The translations under genes and the position numbers were made by a program. The notes under the pieces are model-generated. The model saw nothing but the letters and a program-made list of their open reading frames with translations, made no database searches and had not been told where the DNA came from. A stretch of DNA of 64,000 nt from an uncultured delta proteobacterium (GTDB lineage Bacteria; Desulfobacterota; Desulfobacteria; Desulfobacterales; B30-G6), in the NCBI GenBank assembly GCA_963823335.1, contig CAWGLD010000001.1, positions 832,001 through 896,000 on the forward strand. The letters are read 5' to 3'. Positions 1 to 8,595 of this stretch are shown piece by piece. The first letter of the stretch is position 1. The number at the start of each line of letters is the position of its first letter.

Positions 1-429
1 GCCATATCACGAAACCGGGAAACCGGAAAGATTACCGAACACTTCGCGCGCCTGAAAGAACCCCACTGCCTCGGCCATGAACAGGAAGAAATCCAGACGG
101 TCAGCGCGTGGGTCGAAAAGCAGGGTCTGGTTCCGTACAACGAACAGAACGACAGGCTCATGGACATCATTGCGTTGAAAAACCGCTTGATACCCGGCCC
201 CCTCGATCTCGCCTTCGGCAGAATGTTTTATCTGGCGATGTACGATCTGGACACCTTTCGCAGAAAAATTTTTCAAGATGGGCTTTTATCTGATTTTAGC
301 GTGGAAACAAGGTTGTTGGCAGACGCAAAAAAGGACGACACGCTGTTGCTGCAGATCGGGCAGGCCTGGATAAAATCAGAACTGTTGAAGCTTCGCGCCA
401 AAACCAGCAGGGATCCCTCCACTATTTAG
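1..429 (+). CDS. YkgJ-family Cys-cluster protein, 5'-truncated by window edge
   Basis: Frame 1 is open from base 1 (..EPHCLGHEQEEIQTVSAWVEKQGL..FYLAMYDLDTFR), paralleling PEFCLGQ..WSADQG..FMASYNMDAFR of the adjacent YkgJ protein. Confidence 0.75.
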   Translation, partial: AISRNRETGKITEHFARLKEPHCLGHEQEEIQTVSAWVEKQGLVPYNEQNDRLMDIIALKNRLIPGPLDLAFGRMFYLAMYDLDTFRRKIFQDGLLSDFSVETRLLADAKKDDTLLLQIGQAWIKSELLKLRAKTSRDPSTI

Positions 430-481
430 AGTTCGTCCATAAATGGTCTTTTCACGCCCTGCCAGTGTTGGGCGGCATGAT

Positions 482-1264
482 TTAGCGAAGACGGATTTTC
501 TTGGTCGGAACCCCCCAAACAAACAATTTGATCCAGTCAAAACCAAAAAGCATCAGATCAACGTCGTCTATTTGGATTTTTTTGAGCAGATCAGCCTTGA
601 CCTTGTAACGCTTCAACAGACTGCTCTCAAAGACAAACACTCTGAAAGCGTCCATGTTATAGCTGGCCATGAAAGCCATTTTTGCCCGATTTCCCTGGGG
701 GCCTTCACGGCCCCAGGGATCTTTTTGGAACAGCTGTTTGACCTCAGACCACTTTCTGGACATCTGCTGGTGCTTTAGCGCCCCTTGATCAGCGGACCAG
801 GTCTGAAGCGTCCAGCCATGGTTTGCATGCTGGCCCAGACAGAATTCAGGGGGTCTGAAAAAACCGATCAGCTCAGGTTTCCGGCTTTTCCCAGGATACT
901 GCAATCCGTATTCCACAGGAAATGTCCTGCAGGTGTAGGGTCGATCCGTATACACACGACAACCTGACGGCTCGGAAAAAATGCAGGTCTGATCTTCGTC
1001 ATCCGACATCTTCAGGAGCACATCCGGAAAAAAATTGCCCTTTCGCATCACCACATCGACATATTTTTCAAAAAATACGTCAGCGGAAATACCCAGCCCG
1101 TTCCTCAGTTGAAGCACATCATATGGATACAGGAACAGATTCAGATTGCGGCAGCATTGGTTGAAACAGGCGTATTCCGGACGGCACTGAAATGAAAAGC
1201 GGTTCGCTCCTCTTAGCCTTTTTCCAGATATATGCTCAACGTCTTCAAGTTTGATGGATTTCAT
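482..1264 (-). CDS. YkgJ-family (CxxCxxCC) Zn/Fe-chelating protein
   Basis: FQC..CFNQCC, CIF, GCRVYTDRPYTCRTFP motifs; start re-placed at ATG 1264 (MKSIKL). Confidence 0.8.
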   Translation of the reverse strand: MKSIKLEDVEHISGKRLRGANRFSFQCRPEYACFNQCCRNLNLFLYPYDVLQLRNGLGISADVFFEKYVDVVMRKGNFFPDVLLKMSDDEDQTCIFSEPSGCRVYTDRPYTCRTFPVEYGLQYPGKSRKPELIGFFRPPEFCLGQHANHGWTLQTWSADQGALKHQQMSRKWSEVKQLFQKDPWGREGPQGNRAKMAFMASYNMDAFRVFVFESSLLKRYKVKADLLKKIQIDDVDLMLFGFDWIKLFVWGVPTKKIRLR

Positions 1265-1486
1265 AATTCGATCACGTACTGTTGTTATTGAAGACCCCCG
1301 CGACATGCGAAGCACTGCCGAACGGCAGAACCTATGGGGAATGCGCTCGCTTTTTCGGTTCACAGCCCGACAAATCGTCTTTACAAACAATTTAGCCGTA
1401 TTAGTTTATTCAAAAGAAGGTCTGATTGTAAAGACCAAAGTAATCACCTGGCAATGCCAAGCGTTGTCACGCCAAGGAATCTTCAG

Positions 1487-2038
1487 ATGACGGGCCACCA
1501 TCTTATTCTAGGAGAACAGCTTGACTATCTGACCGGCGAAGTCCTTGCAGACACTCACGACGAGAGATTTCGCCAGGCATTGGCTAAACTGCTCGTCGAG
1601 AAAAAAGGCTACGACAAGTCCGACATACTGCCCCGCAGGAAGTTGATTGTCACGGCCGGAGACAAGTGCGCCCAGATTCAAATCGACCTCACCGTTTTGC
1701 TGAACCATGCTGTGGCCATGATCCTTCGATATGGACCCGGGTCCCTGGTAACCCGCCATCGTCCAGCCATTGCGGCATCGCGTGTCATGACGCCTTACCA
1801 GATTCCCCTGGTCGTGGTAACCAATGGCCTTGATGCAGATGTCATTGATGGTAAAACAGGCCGTGTCATCTCAAAGGGCCTCGACACCATCCCGGACAGG
1901 CAGACGCTTCTTGCTCGATGCCATGCCGGAATCAAAGAATCCATTTCCCCGGACAGAGCCGAATCTGAACAGCGAATCCTGTATGCCTACGATGTGGACG
2001 ACAGCTGTCCTTGTGATGATACTATATGCAGGTTATAA
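1487..2038 (+). CDS. Stand-alone HsdR N-terminal-like (PD-(D/E)xK fold) protein
   Basis: DTHDERFRQ..LVEKKGY..I, VVVTNG motifs; ATG 1487 preferred; C-terminal CPC..C. Confidence 0.6.
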   Translation: MTGHHLILGEQLDYLTGEVLADTHDERFRQALAKLLVEKKGYDKSDILPRRKLIVTAGDKCAQIQIDLTVLLNHAVAMILRYGPGSLVTRHRPAIAASRVMTPYQIPLVVVTNGLDADVIDGKTGRVISKGLDTIPDRQTLLARCHAGIKESISPDRAESEQRILYAYDVDDSCPCDDTICRL

Positions 2039-2057
2039 ATATTTCATGCGCCTCTCC

Positions 2058-2095
2058 TTGAACAAGTTGGAAACAGTATTATAATACGGTATAAT
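2058..2095 (+). promoter_or_regulatory. Two overlapping sigma70-like promoters
   Basis: TTGAAC-16-TATAAT (2058-2085) and TTGGAA-17-TATAAT (2067-2095). Confidence 0.4.
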
Positions 2096-2345
2096 GCGCG
2101 GTTCGATAGTTACTGGCGGCTCTTGGCAGCAGCATCGCCACAGAACTCTGGGAAGGGATATGATTTCTCATTAAATCATGTAACGATTTTATTTTTCTTG
2201 CATTTTTTTCTTGCATTTCTTAATGTTGTCTTATAATTCACTACCCGAAAACGGGGTGAATGAAAAACACGTTGTTTTATAGCGCCGCATATTATGAAAG
2301 TTTTAGGCGGCTTTAAACCCAAATACCGACTAAGGAGGTGGGGGT

Positions 2346-2885
2346 ATAGCCTTTCCAAAACGACCAAACAGATACGATAAATCGGACCGAACCAATATAA
2401 ACAAGAACATAAGAGCAAAAGAAGTCAGAGTCATCGACCCGGATGGAACCCAGGTAGGTGTTGTTCCTACTTATAAGGCCCTTGCCATTGCCGGTGATTT
2501 CGGTCTTGATCTTGTGGAGGTTTCTCCGAATGCCAATCCGCCTGTCTGTAAAATTATGGACTATGGTCGATACAAATACGAGCAGACCAAGAAACAGCAG
2601 GAGGCCAAGAAAAAACAGAGTACTTTTCAAATAAAGGAAATCAAGGTTCGGCCCAAAACAGGCGAACACGATATCCAGGTAAAACTGAATCATATCAATC
2701 GGTTCATTGAAAATAAGGACAAGGTCAAAGTAACCGTCGTCTTCAGGGGACGCGAGATTACGCTTTCTAATCGCGGCCGGGAATTGCTCGCTCACATTGC
2801 ACAGCAAGCCGAAGAATATGCCAATGTGGAACAATACCCCAAACTCGAAGGACGAACCATGACCATGGTGCTGGCACCAAAATAG
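2346..2885 (+). CDS. infC: Translation initiation factor IF-3 (non-canonical ATA start)
   Basis: SD AGGAGGT 2333-2339, then in-frame ATA 2346; INKNIRAKEVRVID..LDLVEVSPNANPPVCKIMDYG; ORF track start (2514) misses the N-terminus. Confidence 0.95.
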   Translation: MAFPKRPNRYDKSDRTNINKNIRAKEVRVIDPDGTQVGVVPTYKALAIAGDFGLDLVEVSPNANPPVCKIMDYGRYKYEQTKKQQEAKKKQSTFQIKEIKVRPKTGEHDIQVKLNHINRFIENKDKVKVTVVFRGREITLSNRGRELLAHIAQQAEEYANVEQYPKLEGRTMTMVLAPK

Positions 2886-2953
2886 CATATGTCTGTAGAT
2901 AGTAACGCAGCCTAAATGTGTTAATCAAACTATCATAATCTGTTATCAAACTC

Positions 2954-2997
2954 TGGCGTGAACGGATATATTCACCGTGTTCACGCCATCTGTTTTT
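2954..2997 (+). terminator. Hairpin with T-tract between infC and rpmI (terminator/attenuator candidate)
   Basis: TGGCGTGAAC 2954-2963 pairs with GTTCACGCCA 2979-2988, followed by TCTGTTTTT. Confidence 0.5.
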
Positions 2998-3073
2998 AAG
3001 AATAAAATCGTTTTACGATTTTATAAAACGCGACACTGTCGCTCCTAAGAGCTATTAGAGGAAAGGGGCTAAC

Positions 3074-3271
3074 ATGCCAAAGATAAAAACAAATCGAGCA
3101 GCTGCCAAGCGATTTAAAAAAACAGGCACAGGAAAATTCACCTTTTCAAAGTCACATGCCAGTCACATACTGACAAAAAAAACGACCAAGCGAAAACGGT
3201 CACTGCGACAGGGCCAGATCATCAAGAAATCAGATGTCAGGGAGATCAAACTGCTGCTCCCCAATGGATAA
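3074..3271 (+). CDS. rpmI: 50S ribosomal protein L35
   Basis: [20 protein letters not shown]; context. Confidence 0.98.
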   Translation: MPKIKTNRAAAKRFKKTGTGKFTFSKSHASHILTKKTTKRKRSLRQGQIIKKSDVREIKLLLPNG

Positions 3272-3314
3272 AGTCCATTGATGATCTATTCCGCTTACAG
3301 GAGGATAATAAAAA

Positions 3315-3665
3315 ATGCGTGTTAAAAGAGGTTTCAAAGCCAGAAGAAGAAGAAACAAAGTTTTAAAATTAGCCAGGGGATATCGCGCCGGACGCAGCAA
3401 ACTGTTTCGCACGGCTGCAGATGCGTTGGACAAAGCCCTGATGTACGCCTACCGGGATCGCAGGGTTCGTAAACGTGACTTCAGAAGACTCTGGATTGCA
3501 AGAATCAATGCCGCGGCACGTATGAACAGTCTTTCTTACAGTAAATTCATGCATGGGTTGAAACTGTCTAACATTCAATTGGACCGAAAAGTGCTGGCGG
3601 ATCTGGCGATTTCAGATCCATCGGGTTTTTCTAAAATCGCCGGTCTTGCCACTGAACAAATTTAG
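3315..3665 (+). CDS. rplT: 50S ribosomal protein L20
   Basis: [29 protein letters not shown]. Confidence 0.98.
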   Translation: MRVKRGFKARRRRNKVLKLARGYRAGRSKLFRTAADALDKALMYAYRDRRVRKRDFRRLWIARINAAARMNSLSYSKFMHGLKLSNIQLDRKVLADLAISDPSGFSKIAGLATEQI

Positions 3666-3685
3666 CACAGGCTAGCAGAGTCACC

Positions 3686-4693
3686 GTGAATAAACATATC
3701 GAGCAAATCCATCAGGACGTTCTGGAAAGTCTTAACAATGCCAAGGATCCTACGGAGATCCAGACGCTTTCGGTACAATACCTTGGCCGGAAAGGTCTGA
3801 TAACCAGAGTTTTAAAGGGAATCTCTCAGCTCCCCAAAGAGGAGCGCCCAGATGCCGGTAAAAAAGCCAATCAGGTCAGGGTCGCGGTAGAAAAGGCGGT
3901 CCAGGATGCCCTGCAGAAGATTAGCACTAAAAACATTACCACCGAAGATACCATCGATGTCTCACTGCCCGGTCGGACACCTCTAAAGGGTTCTCTACAT
4001 CCCGTTTCACAAACCCAGCAGGAAATCTGTGATATTTTCAGTCGGCTCGGCTTCGATGTGGCCGAAGGTCCGGAAGTCGAATCAGACTACTACAATTTTG
4101 AGGCACTCAACTTCCCCAAAAATCATCCGGCAAGGGATATGCAGGACACGTTTTTTGTTTCAGACGACATTGTCCTGAGGACCCACACATCACCCATGCA
4201 GATTCGCATCATGGAAAAAACAACCCCGCCGGTTCGGGTTGTAACGCCCGGGAAAGTTTTCCGCTGCGATTCGGATATCACCCATACACCCATGTTCCAT
4301 CAGGTCGAAGGACTGCTGGTTGACACGGATATTTCCTTCGGGGACCTGAAAGGGATTCTCACCACCTTTATTCATCAGATGTTCGACGAAGAAACCAGCC
4401 TGCGGTTCCGACCCAGTTTTTTCCCGTTTACAGAGCCAAGTGCGGAAGTGGATATTCTGTGCGTCATGTGCAGGGGTAAAGGATGCAGGGTCTGCTCCCA
4501 GACCGGATGGCTGGAGATTCTGGGCTCAGGCATGGTACATCCGGCCCTGTATGAAAATGTGGGCTATCCTTCTGAAAAATATACAGGTTTCGCATTTGGA
4601 ATGGGTGTCGAAAGAATTGCCATGCTCAAATACGGCATTGACGATATAAGAAAATTTTTCGAAAACGACATCCGCTTTTTACAACAATTCTAA
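3686..4693 (+). CDS. pheS: Phenylalanine-tRNA ligase alpha subunit
   Basis: HPARDMQDTF, LRTHTSP, FRPSFFPFTEPS, GFAFGMGVER. Confidence 0.98.
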   Translation: MNKHIEQIHQDVLESLNNAKDPTEIQTLSVQYLGRKGLITRVLKGISQLPKEERPDAGKKANQVRVAVEKAVQDALQKISTKNITTEDTIDVSLPGRTPLKGSLHPVSQTQQEICDIFSRLGFDVAEGPEVESDYYNFEALNFPKNHPARDMQDTFFVSDDIVLRTHTSPMQIRIMEKTTPPVRVVTPGKVFRCDSDITHTPMFHQVEGLLVDTDISFGDLKGILTTFIHQMFDEETSLRFRPSFFPFTEPSAEVDILCVMCRGKGCRVCSQTGWLEILGSGMVHPALYENVGYPSEKYTGFAFGMGVERIAMLKYGIDDIRKFFENDIRFLQQF

Positions 4694-4750
4694 TAACATC
4701 GTTCCACGATTTTATTAGCATACGCTTTTTAGGTATACACTTTACAGGTA

Positions 4751-4955
4751 CCTAAATTGAGCAATTGTCGAGGTTGCCGTAGCTACAAGGAAAATGCCGT
4801 TTCGCTATAGTAGACTATGCGGAACGACATTTGACGCTGTAGATGCGCTAAGATCGGCAATCCCGAAGGGTTTCAAATTTTAAGAATCCAATTAGATAAC
4901 ATCCTCTAAAAAGGATAAAATTAAATTTCTTAAAATTTGAAACGCTCAAGTTAGG
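4751..4955. mobile_element. MITE-like element with terminal inverted repeats and two long internal hairpins
   Basis: TIR CCTAAATTGAGC (4751-4762)/GCTCAAGTTAGG (4944-4955); 17-bp perfect IR 4870-4886/4927-4943; left hairpin homologous to 21919-22030. Confidence 0.6.
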
Positions 4956-4967
4956 AGGTGGTTTTAT

Positions 4968-7382
4968 ATGAAGCTAAGTCTCAACTGGCTGAAAACATTT
5001 GTTCCCATTGAATTGAAACCGGACGAACTCGCGGCAGCCCTCACCATGGCCGGACTCGAAGTGGATGCTGTATCCGATCGGTTTGAATATCTCAAGAGCG
5101 TCCTGGTCGGCCGTGTTGCAACTGTCAAAGACCACCCCAACGCAGACAGGCTGAAAGTCTGCGACGTGGAGATTGGCGAACGGACAGTGACAGTCGTTTG
5201 TGGCGCACCAAATGTCAGAGAGGGGATGTTATCACCCCTAGCACTTCCCGGCACCTGTTTCCCCAATGACAGAATTCTGGAAAAAGGGGTCATCCGGGGA
5301 GTCTCTTCGGAAGGAATGCTCTGCAGTGAAGCCGAGCTCCAGCTTGGCACAGATACATCCGGTATCATGACCCTGGGCGACAACCTCACCATAGGCGAAG
5401 CCCTTTCCAAAGCCTTGAACCTGTCGGACACCGTGATAGAAGTCGATCTGACGCCTAACCGTCCGGACTGCCTGAGCATGATCGGTACCGCCCGTGAAAT
5501 TGCCGCCATCGTAAAAAAAGAACTCTCCCACCCGGACACCACCCTTCCGGTTTCCGGAAAAGATATTCACGAGCGAACGTCCGTTACAGTGGACGCACCG
5601 GATCTCTGTCCCAGATATGCAGCGAGAATCATTGAAAACATCACGGTCGCGCCATCTCCTTTCTGGCTCCAGGAACGCCTTCGCTCAGTCGGGTTGAGAC
5701 CCATCAACAATATCGTGGATATCACCAATTTTGTTCTCATGGAGTACGGCCAGCCCTTGCACGCCTTCGACCTGGACAGCCTCGAAGAACGTAGGATTGT
5801 GGTGCGGACGGCGGCCGAAGGCGAGCTGTTTACAACACTCGATGAAAAAGAGAGAACCCTTTCAAAAGACATGCTGCTGATCTGTGATGGTAAAAAGCCC
5901 GTCGCCATAGCCGGTGTTATGGGGGGAATGAACTCCGAGATTGAGGCCAAAACCCGCAATGTCCTTCTGGAGAGTGCCTATTTCAATCCGGTAAGTATTC
6001 GCAAAACATCCAAAAACCTTGGTTTGAACACGGATGCATCTCATCGATTCGAACGGGGTATCGACCCTCAGGGAACCCTTGTAGCCCTTGACAGGGCAAC
6101 CCGGTTAATTGCAGAGCTTGGCAATGGCCACATTATAGACGGCCTAATCGACAAATGCGGAGACCTTCCACATCCACAGACTATCCTCCTGAGTACCAAA
6201 CAGACCAACCGGCTCCTTGGTACTGATTTCAACCGTAAGGAAATCCGCGACTTTCTGGTTTCCGTTGGATTCGATATCAGAGAAGACACGGCAGACATAC
6301 TCTCGGTCACGGCACCTTCTTTCCGGGTGGATATCAAAAGACCTGAGGATCTCATGGAAGAAGTGGCACGGCTTTCAGGTTACGACCACATACCCACCAC
6401 CTATCCATTGATCCCCGCCGAAGCAAGAACACCACAGACCGTCATCGACCATCGGCGGTATACCAAGGTCATCATGAACGGGTTTGGATTCGACGAAGCC
6501 ATCAATTACAGTTTTATGGACAAAATGGATTGTGACCGTCTCCTGCTCCATCCGGATGACTATCGACGGAGTCTGGTGGAGATTTTAAACCCCTTGACGG
6601 AAGACCAAACTGTCATGCGGTCTACCCTGCTCCCGGGACTTTTGAAATCTGCCCACCGAAACATCTCTCAGCAATCAAAGACCAGCCGGCTGTTTGAAAT
6701 AGGCAAGGTATTCATCGGCAAGGGCAAAACCCATCTGCCGGAAGAAATCGAAATATTGGCAGGACTCTGGACCGGATCGCGCACTGATCTTTTATGGAAT
6801 GTTCCCGAAACAGCCTGTGACTTCTATGATCTCAAAGGAGTTGTGGAAGGTTTTTTCACTGCACTCAAAATCAAGGGCATCTCATTCACGCGTATGCCTG
6901 TCGATACCTGTTCCTATATAAAGAACGGTTTTGCGGCGCTGCTTGTTACAGGCGACACACCCCTGGGCCTGGTGGGAGAACTGCACCCCCAGGTACTGAA
7001 GAACTATGGTCTGAAGCAGACAGCGTTTTATTTTGAGCTTGACATGAACCGGCTCTATGGCATGATACCTGAAGATCTGCAGGCCAGACCGATACCCAAA
7101 TATCCTGCCACGTCTCGAGACGTGACGGTCATTGTCGATCAGGACATCGAGTCCAGCAGCCTGCTGGATTTTATAAGAAATCTGAAGGAAGGGCTGGTGG
7201 AACAGCTTAGCATCTTTGATGTTTTTGCTGAAAAACCCATCCCCGCCGGCAAGAAAAGCGTCTCTTTCAGGATCGTCTACCGTTCCCATGAAGAGACATT
7301 GGAAGATGATACGGTAAACAATATTCACAAACGCCTATCCGAAAGGTTGATCGCTCATTTTAATGCTGCATTACCTGAGTAG
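4968..7382 (+). CDS. pheT: Phenylalanine-tRNA ligase beta subunit
   Basis: HPNADRL, VVCGAPN, SEGMLCS, TPNRPDCLS, RFERG, DLMEEVARL, C-terminal FDX-ACB domain. Confidence 0.98.
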   Translation: MKLSLNWLKTFVPIELKPDELAAALTMAGLEVDAVSDRFEYLKSVLVGRVATVKDHPNADRLKVCDVEIGERTVTVVCGAPNVREGMLSPLALPGTCFPNDRILEKGVIRGVSSEGMLCSEAELQLGTDTSGIMTLGDNLTIGEALSKALNLSDTVIEVDLTPNRPDCLSMIGTAREIAAIVKKELSHPDTTLPVSGKDIHERTSVTVDAPDLCPRYAARIIENITVAPSPFWLQERLRSVGLRPINNIVDITNFVLMEYGQPLHAFDLDSLEERRIVVRTAAEGELFTTLDEKERTLSKDMLLICDGKKPVAIAGVMGGMNSEIEAKTRNVLLESAYFNPVSIRKTSKNLGLNTDASHRFERGIDPQGTLVALDRATRLIAELGNGHIIDGLIDKCGDLPHPQTILLSTKQTNRLLGTDFNRKEIRDFLVSVGFDIREDTADILSVTAPSFRVDIKRPEDLMEEVARLSGYDHIPTTYPLIPAEARTPQTVIDHRRYTKVIMNGFGFDEAINYSFMDKMDCDRLLLHPDDYRRSLVEILNPLTEDQTVMRSTLLPGLLKSAHRNISQQSKTSRLFEIGKVFIGKGKTHLPEEIEILAGLWTGSRTDLLWNVPETACDFYDLKGVVEGFFTALKIKGISFTRMPVDTCSYIKNGFAALLVTGDTPLGLVGELHPQVLKNYGLKQTAFYFELDMNRLYGMIPEDLQARPIPKYPATSRDVTVIVDQDIESSSLLDFIRNLKEGLVEQLSIFDVFAEKPIPAGKKSVSFRIVYRSHEETLEDDTVNNIHKRLSERLIAHFNAALPE

Positions 7383-7390
7383 GGAGCCTT

Positions 7391-7729
7391 ATGAAACAGA
7401 CAGCGGTTTCAATCCCTGACAAACTCTATTTTAAAATTGGAGAAGTCTCCGAACTTCTCGGGCTGCCGACACATGTCCTCCGCTTCTGGGAAACGGAGTT
7501 CAAGAAAATCAAGCCCAAGCGTACGTCTTCAGGTCAGCGTCTATACCGTAAAAACGATGTTGCTTTTATTCTCAAGATTAAACATCTCCTCTATGAGAAG
7601 GGATTTACCATATCAGGTGCCCGGCAACATTTAAGAAGTAAACAGGATTTCGTAGAAGAGCTACCGCAGACATTATCCGTCAGCGAACTTCGCCACGAGC
7701 TTGAACAGATCAGGGAGCTTATTAAATAG
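7391..7729 (+). CDS. MerR-family transcriptional regulator
   Basis: YFKIGEVSELL..HVLRFWETEF..P.R..GQRLY; usual position after pheT. Confidence 0.9.
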   Translation: MKQTAVSIPDKLYFKIGEVSELLGLPTHVLRFWETEFKKIKPKRTSSGQRLYRKNDVAFILKIKHLLYEKGFTISGARQHLRSKQDFVEELPQTLSVSELRHELEQIRELIK

Positions 7730-7751
7730 TTCCCGTTATTAAGAAAAATCA

Positions 7752-7781
7752 TTGACAGGTTACACTTTTTGTCTTAATTAT
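7752..7781 (+). promoter_or_regulatory. sigma70-like promoter for tRNA-Gly/rimP operon
   Basis: Perfect TTGACA at 7752, AT-rich -10 (TAATTA) 17 nt downstream. Confidence 0.5.
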
Positions 7782-7794
7782 TCTTTTCTGGAAA

Positions 7795-7870
7795 GCGGGC
7801 ATAGCTCAGCTGGTAGAGTACAAGCTTCCCAAGCTTGGTGTCGCGAGTTCGAATCTCGTTGCCCGCTCCA
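7795..7870 (+). tRNA. tRNA-Gly (CCC)
   Basis: Acceptor stem GCGGGCA/TGCCCGC, D-arm AGCTCAGCTGGTAGAG, anticodon stem CAAGC-TTCCCAA-GCTTG, GTTCGAAT T-loop, encoded CCA; 76 nt. Confidence 0.97.
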
Positions 7871-8011
7871 TGAATGCCCGGCTTTTCAAAGGCAGTATGG
7901 TATATCGGGAAAAGCACTTTTGTCTATGAACGTTGTGTAATTTTTTTCGAATGGTTATGGCTATGAACTGACAAGATTTTATCGACCGAAAGAACTTTCA
8001 TAGATGAGGAG

Positions 8012-8034
8012 AAACGGGCTTTTGCCCGTTTTTT
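8012..8034 (+). terminator. rimP-leader intrinsic terminator/attenuator
   Basis: AAACGGGC-TTTT-GCCCGTTT followed by TTTT, directly upstream of rimP-nusA. Confidence 0.75.
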
Positions 8035-8058
8035 ATTGGACAATAAACGTTGCAGGAC

Positions 8059-8595
8059 ATGAAACAAAAGAAAATAAAAAACCGTATTAATAAAAAGAAT
8101 CCGCGACAGCAGGCCGCTGCCACCCTGTCTGACAGGGCGTTTCTTGCCAGTGTAAACCGCCTGGTGGAGCCTGTTTGCGATGCGGAAGGACTTGAGTTGG
8201 TTCATACAGAATATCAAATGGAACCCGGTGGAAAGGTGCTTCGACTGTATATTGACAAGCCCGACGGCATCAGCATTGACGATTGCGCCGCTATCAGTCG
8301 TCAGGTGAGCGATCTGCTGGACATATATGTCCAAAGTGACCATCGCTACCGTCTGGAGGTTTCGTCACCAGGATCGAATCGGCCGCTTACCAAGCAGGAT
8401 GATTTCCATCGCTTTAAAGGCCAATCGGTCCGAATACAATCTTCCCGTTCGATTGATGGACAGAAAAATTTTAAAGGAACGTTAACAGACATTAAAGATG
8501 GGATCGTAACGCTGACGGTTGTGGAAAATTCTGTGGCTATCCCCTTTGAGGACATAACCAAAGCGCGACTTATCAACTATTCTGGAGAAAACTGA
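8059..8595 (+). CDS. rimP: Ribosome maturation factor RimP
   Basis: LRLYIDKPDGISIDDC..IS, YRLEVSSPG..RPL. Confidence 0.96.
   Translation: MKQKKIKNRINKKNPRQQAAATLSDRAFLASVNRLVEPVCDAEGLELVHTEYQMEPGGKVLRLYIDKPDGISIDDCAAISRQVSDLLDIYVQSDHRYRLEVSSPGSNRPLTKQDDFHRFKGQSVRIQSSRSIDGQKNFKGTLTDIKDGIVTLTVVENSVAIPFEDITKARLINYSGEN

Noticed and set aside
1487-2038. Type I restriction-modification system
   Set aside because: Only a small HsdR_N-like domain; no helicase, hsdM or hsdS
2096-2165. GCCACAG..CTGGGAAGG resembling a cobalamin riboswitch core, and GGTTCGA resembling a tRNA T-loop
   Set aside because: The other conserved riboswitch elements (GGGAA..GGTG, ACTGT, AGYCAG) and a cloverleaf are absent, and downstream genes are unrelated to B12
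2313-2888. Long antisense ORFs (e.g. 2313-2888, 17129-17707, 28974-29744, 34693-35403)
   Set aside because: Shadows of well-supported genes on the opposite strand, with no recognisable motifs
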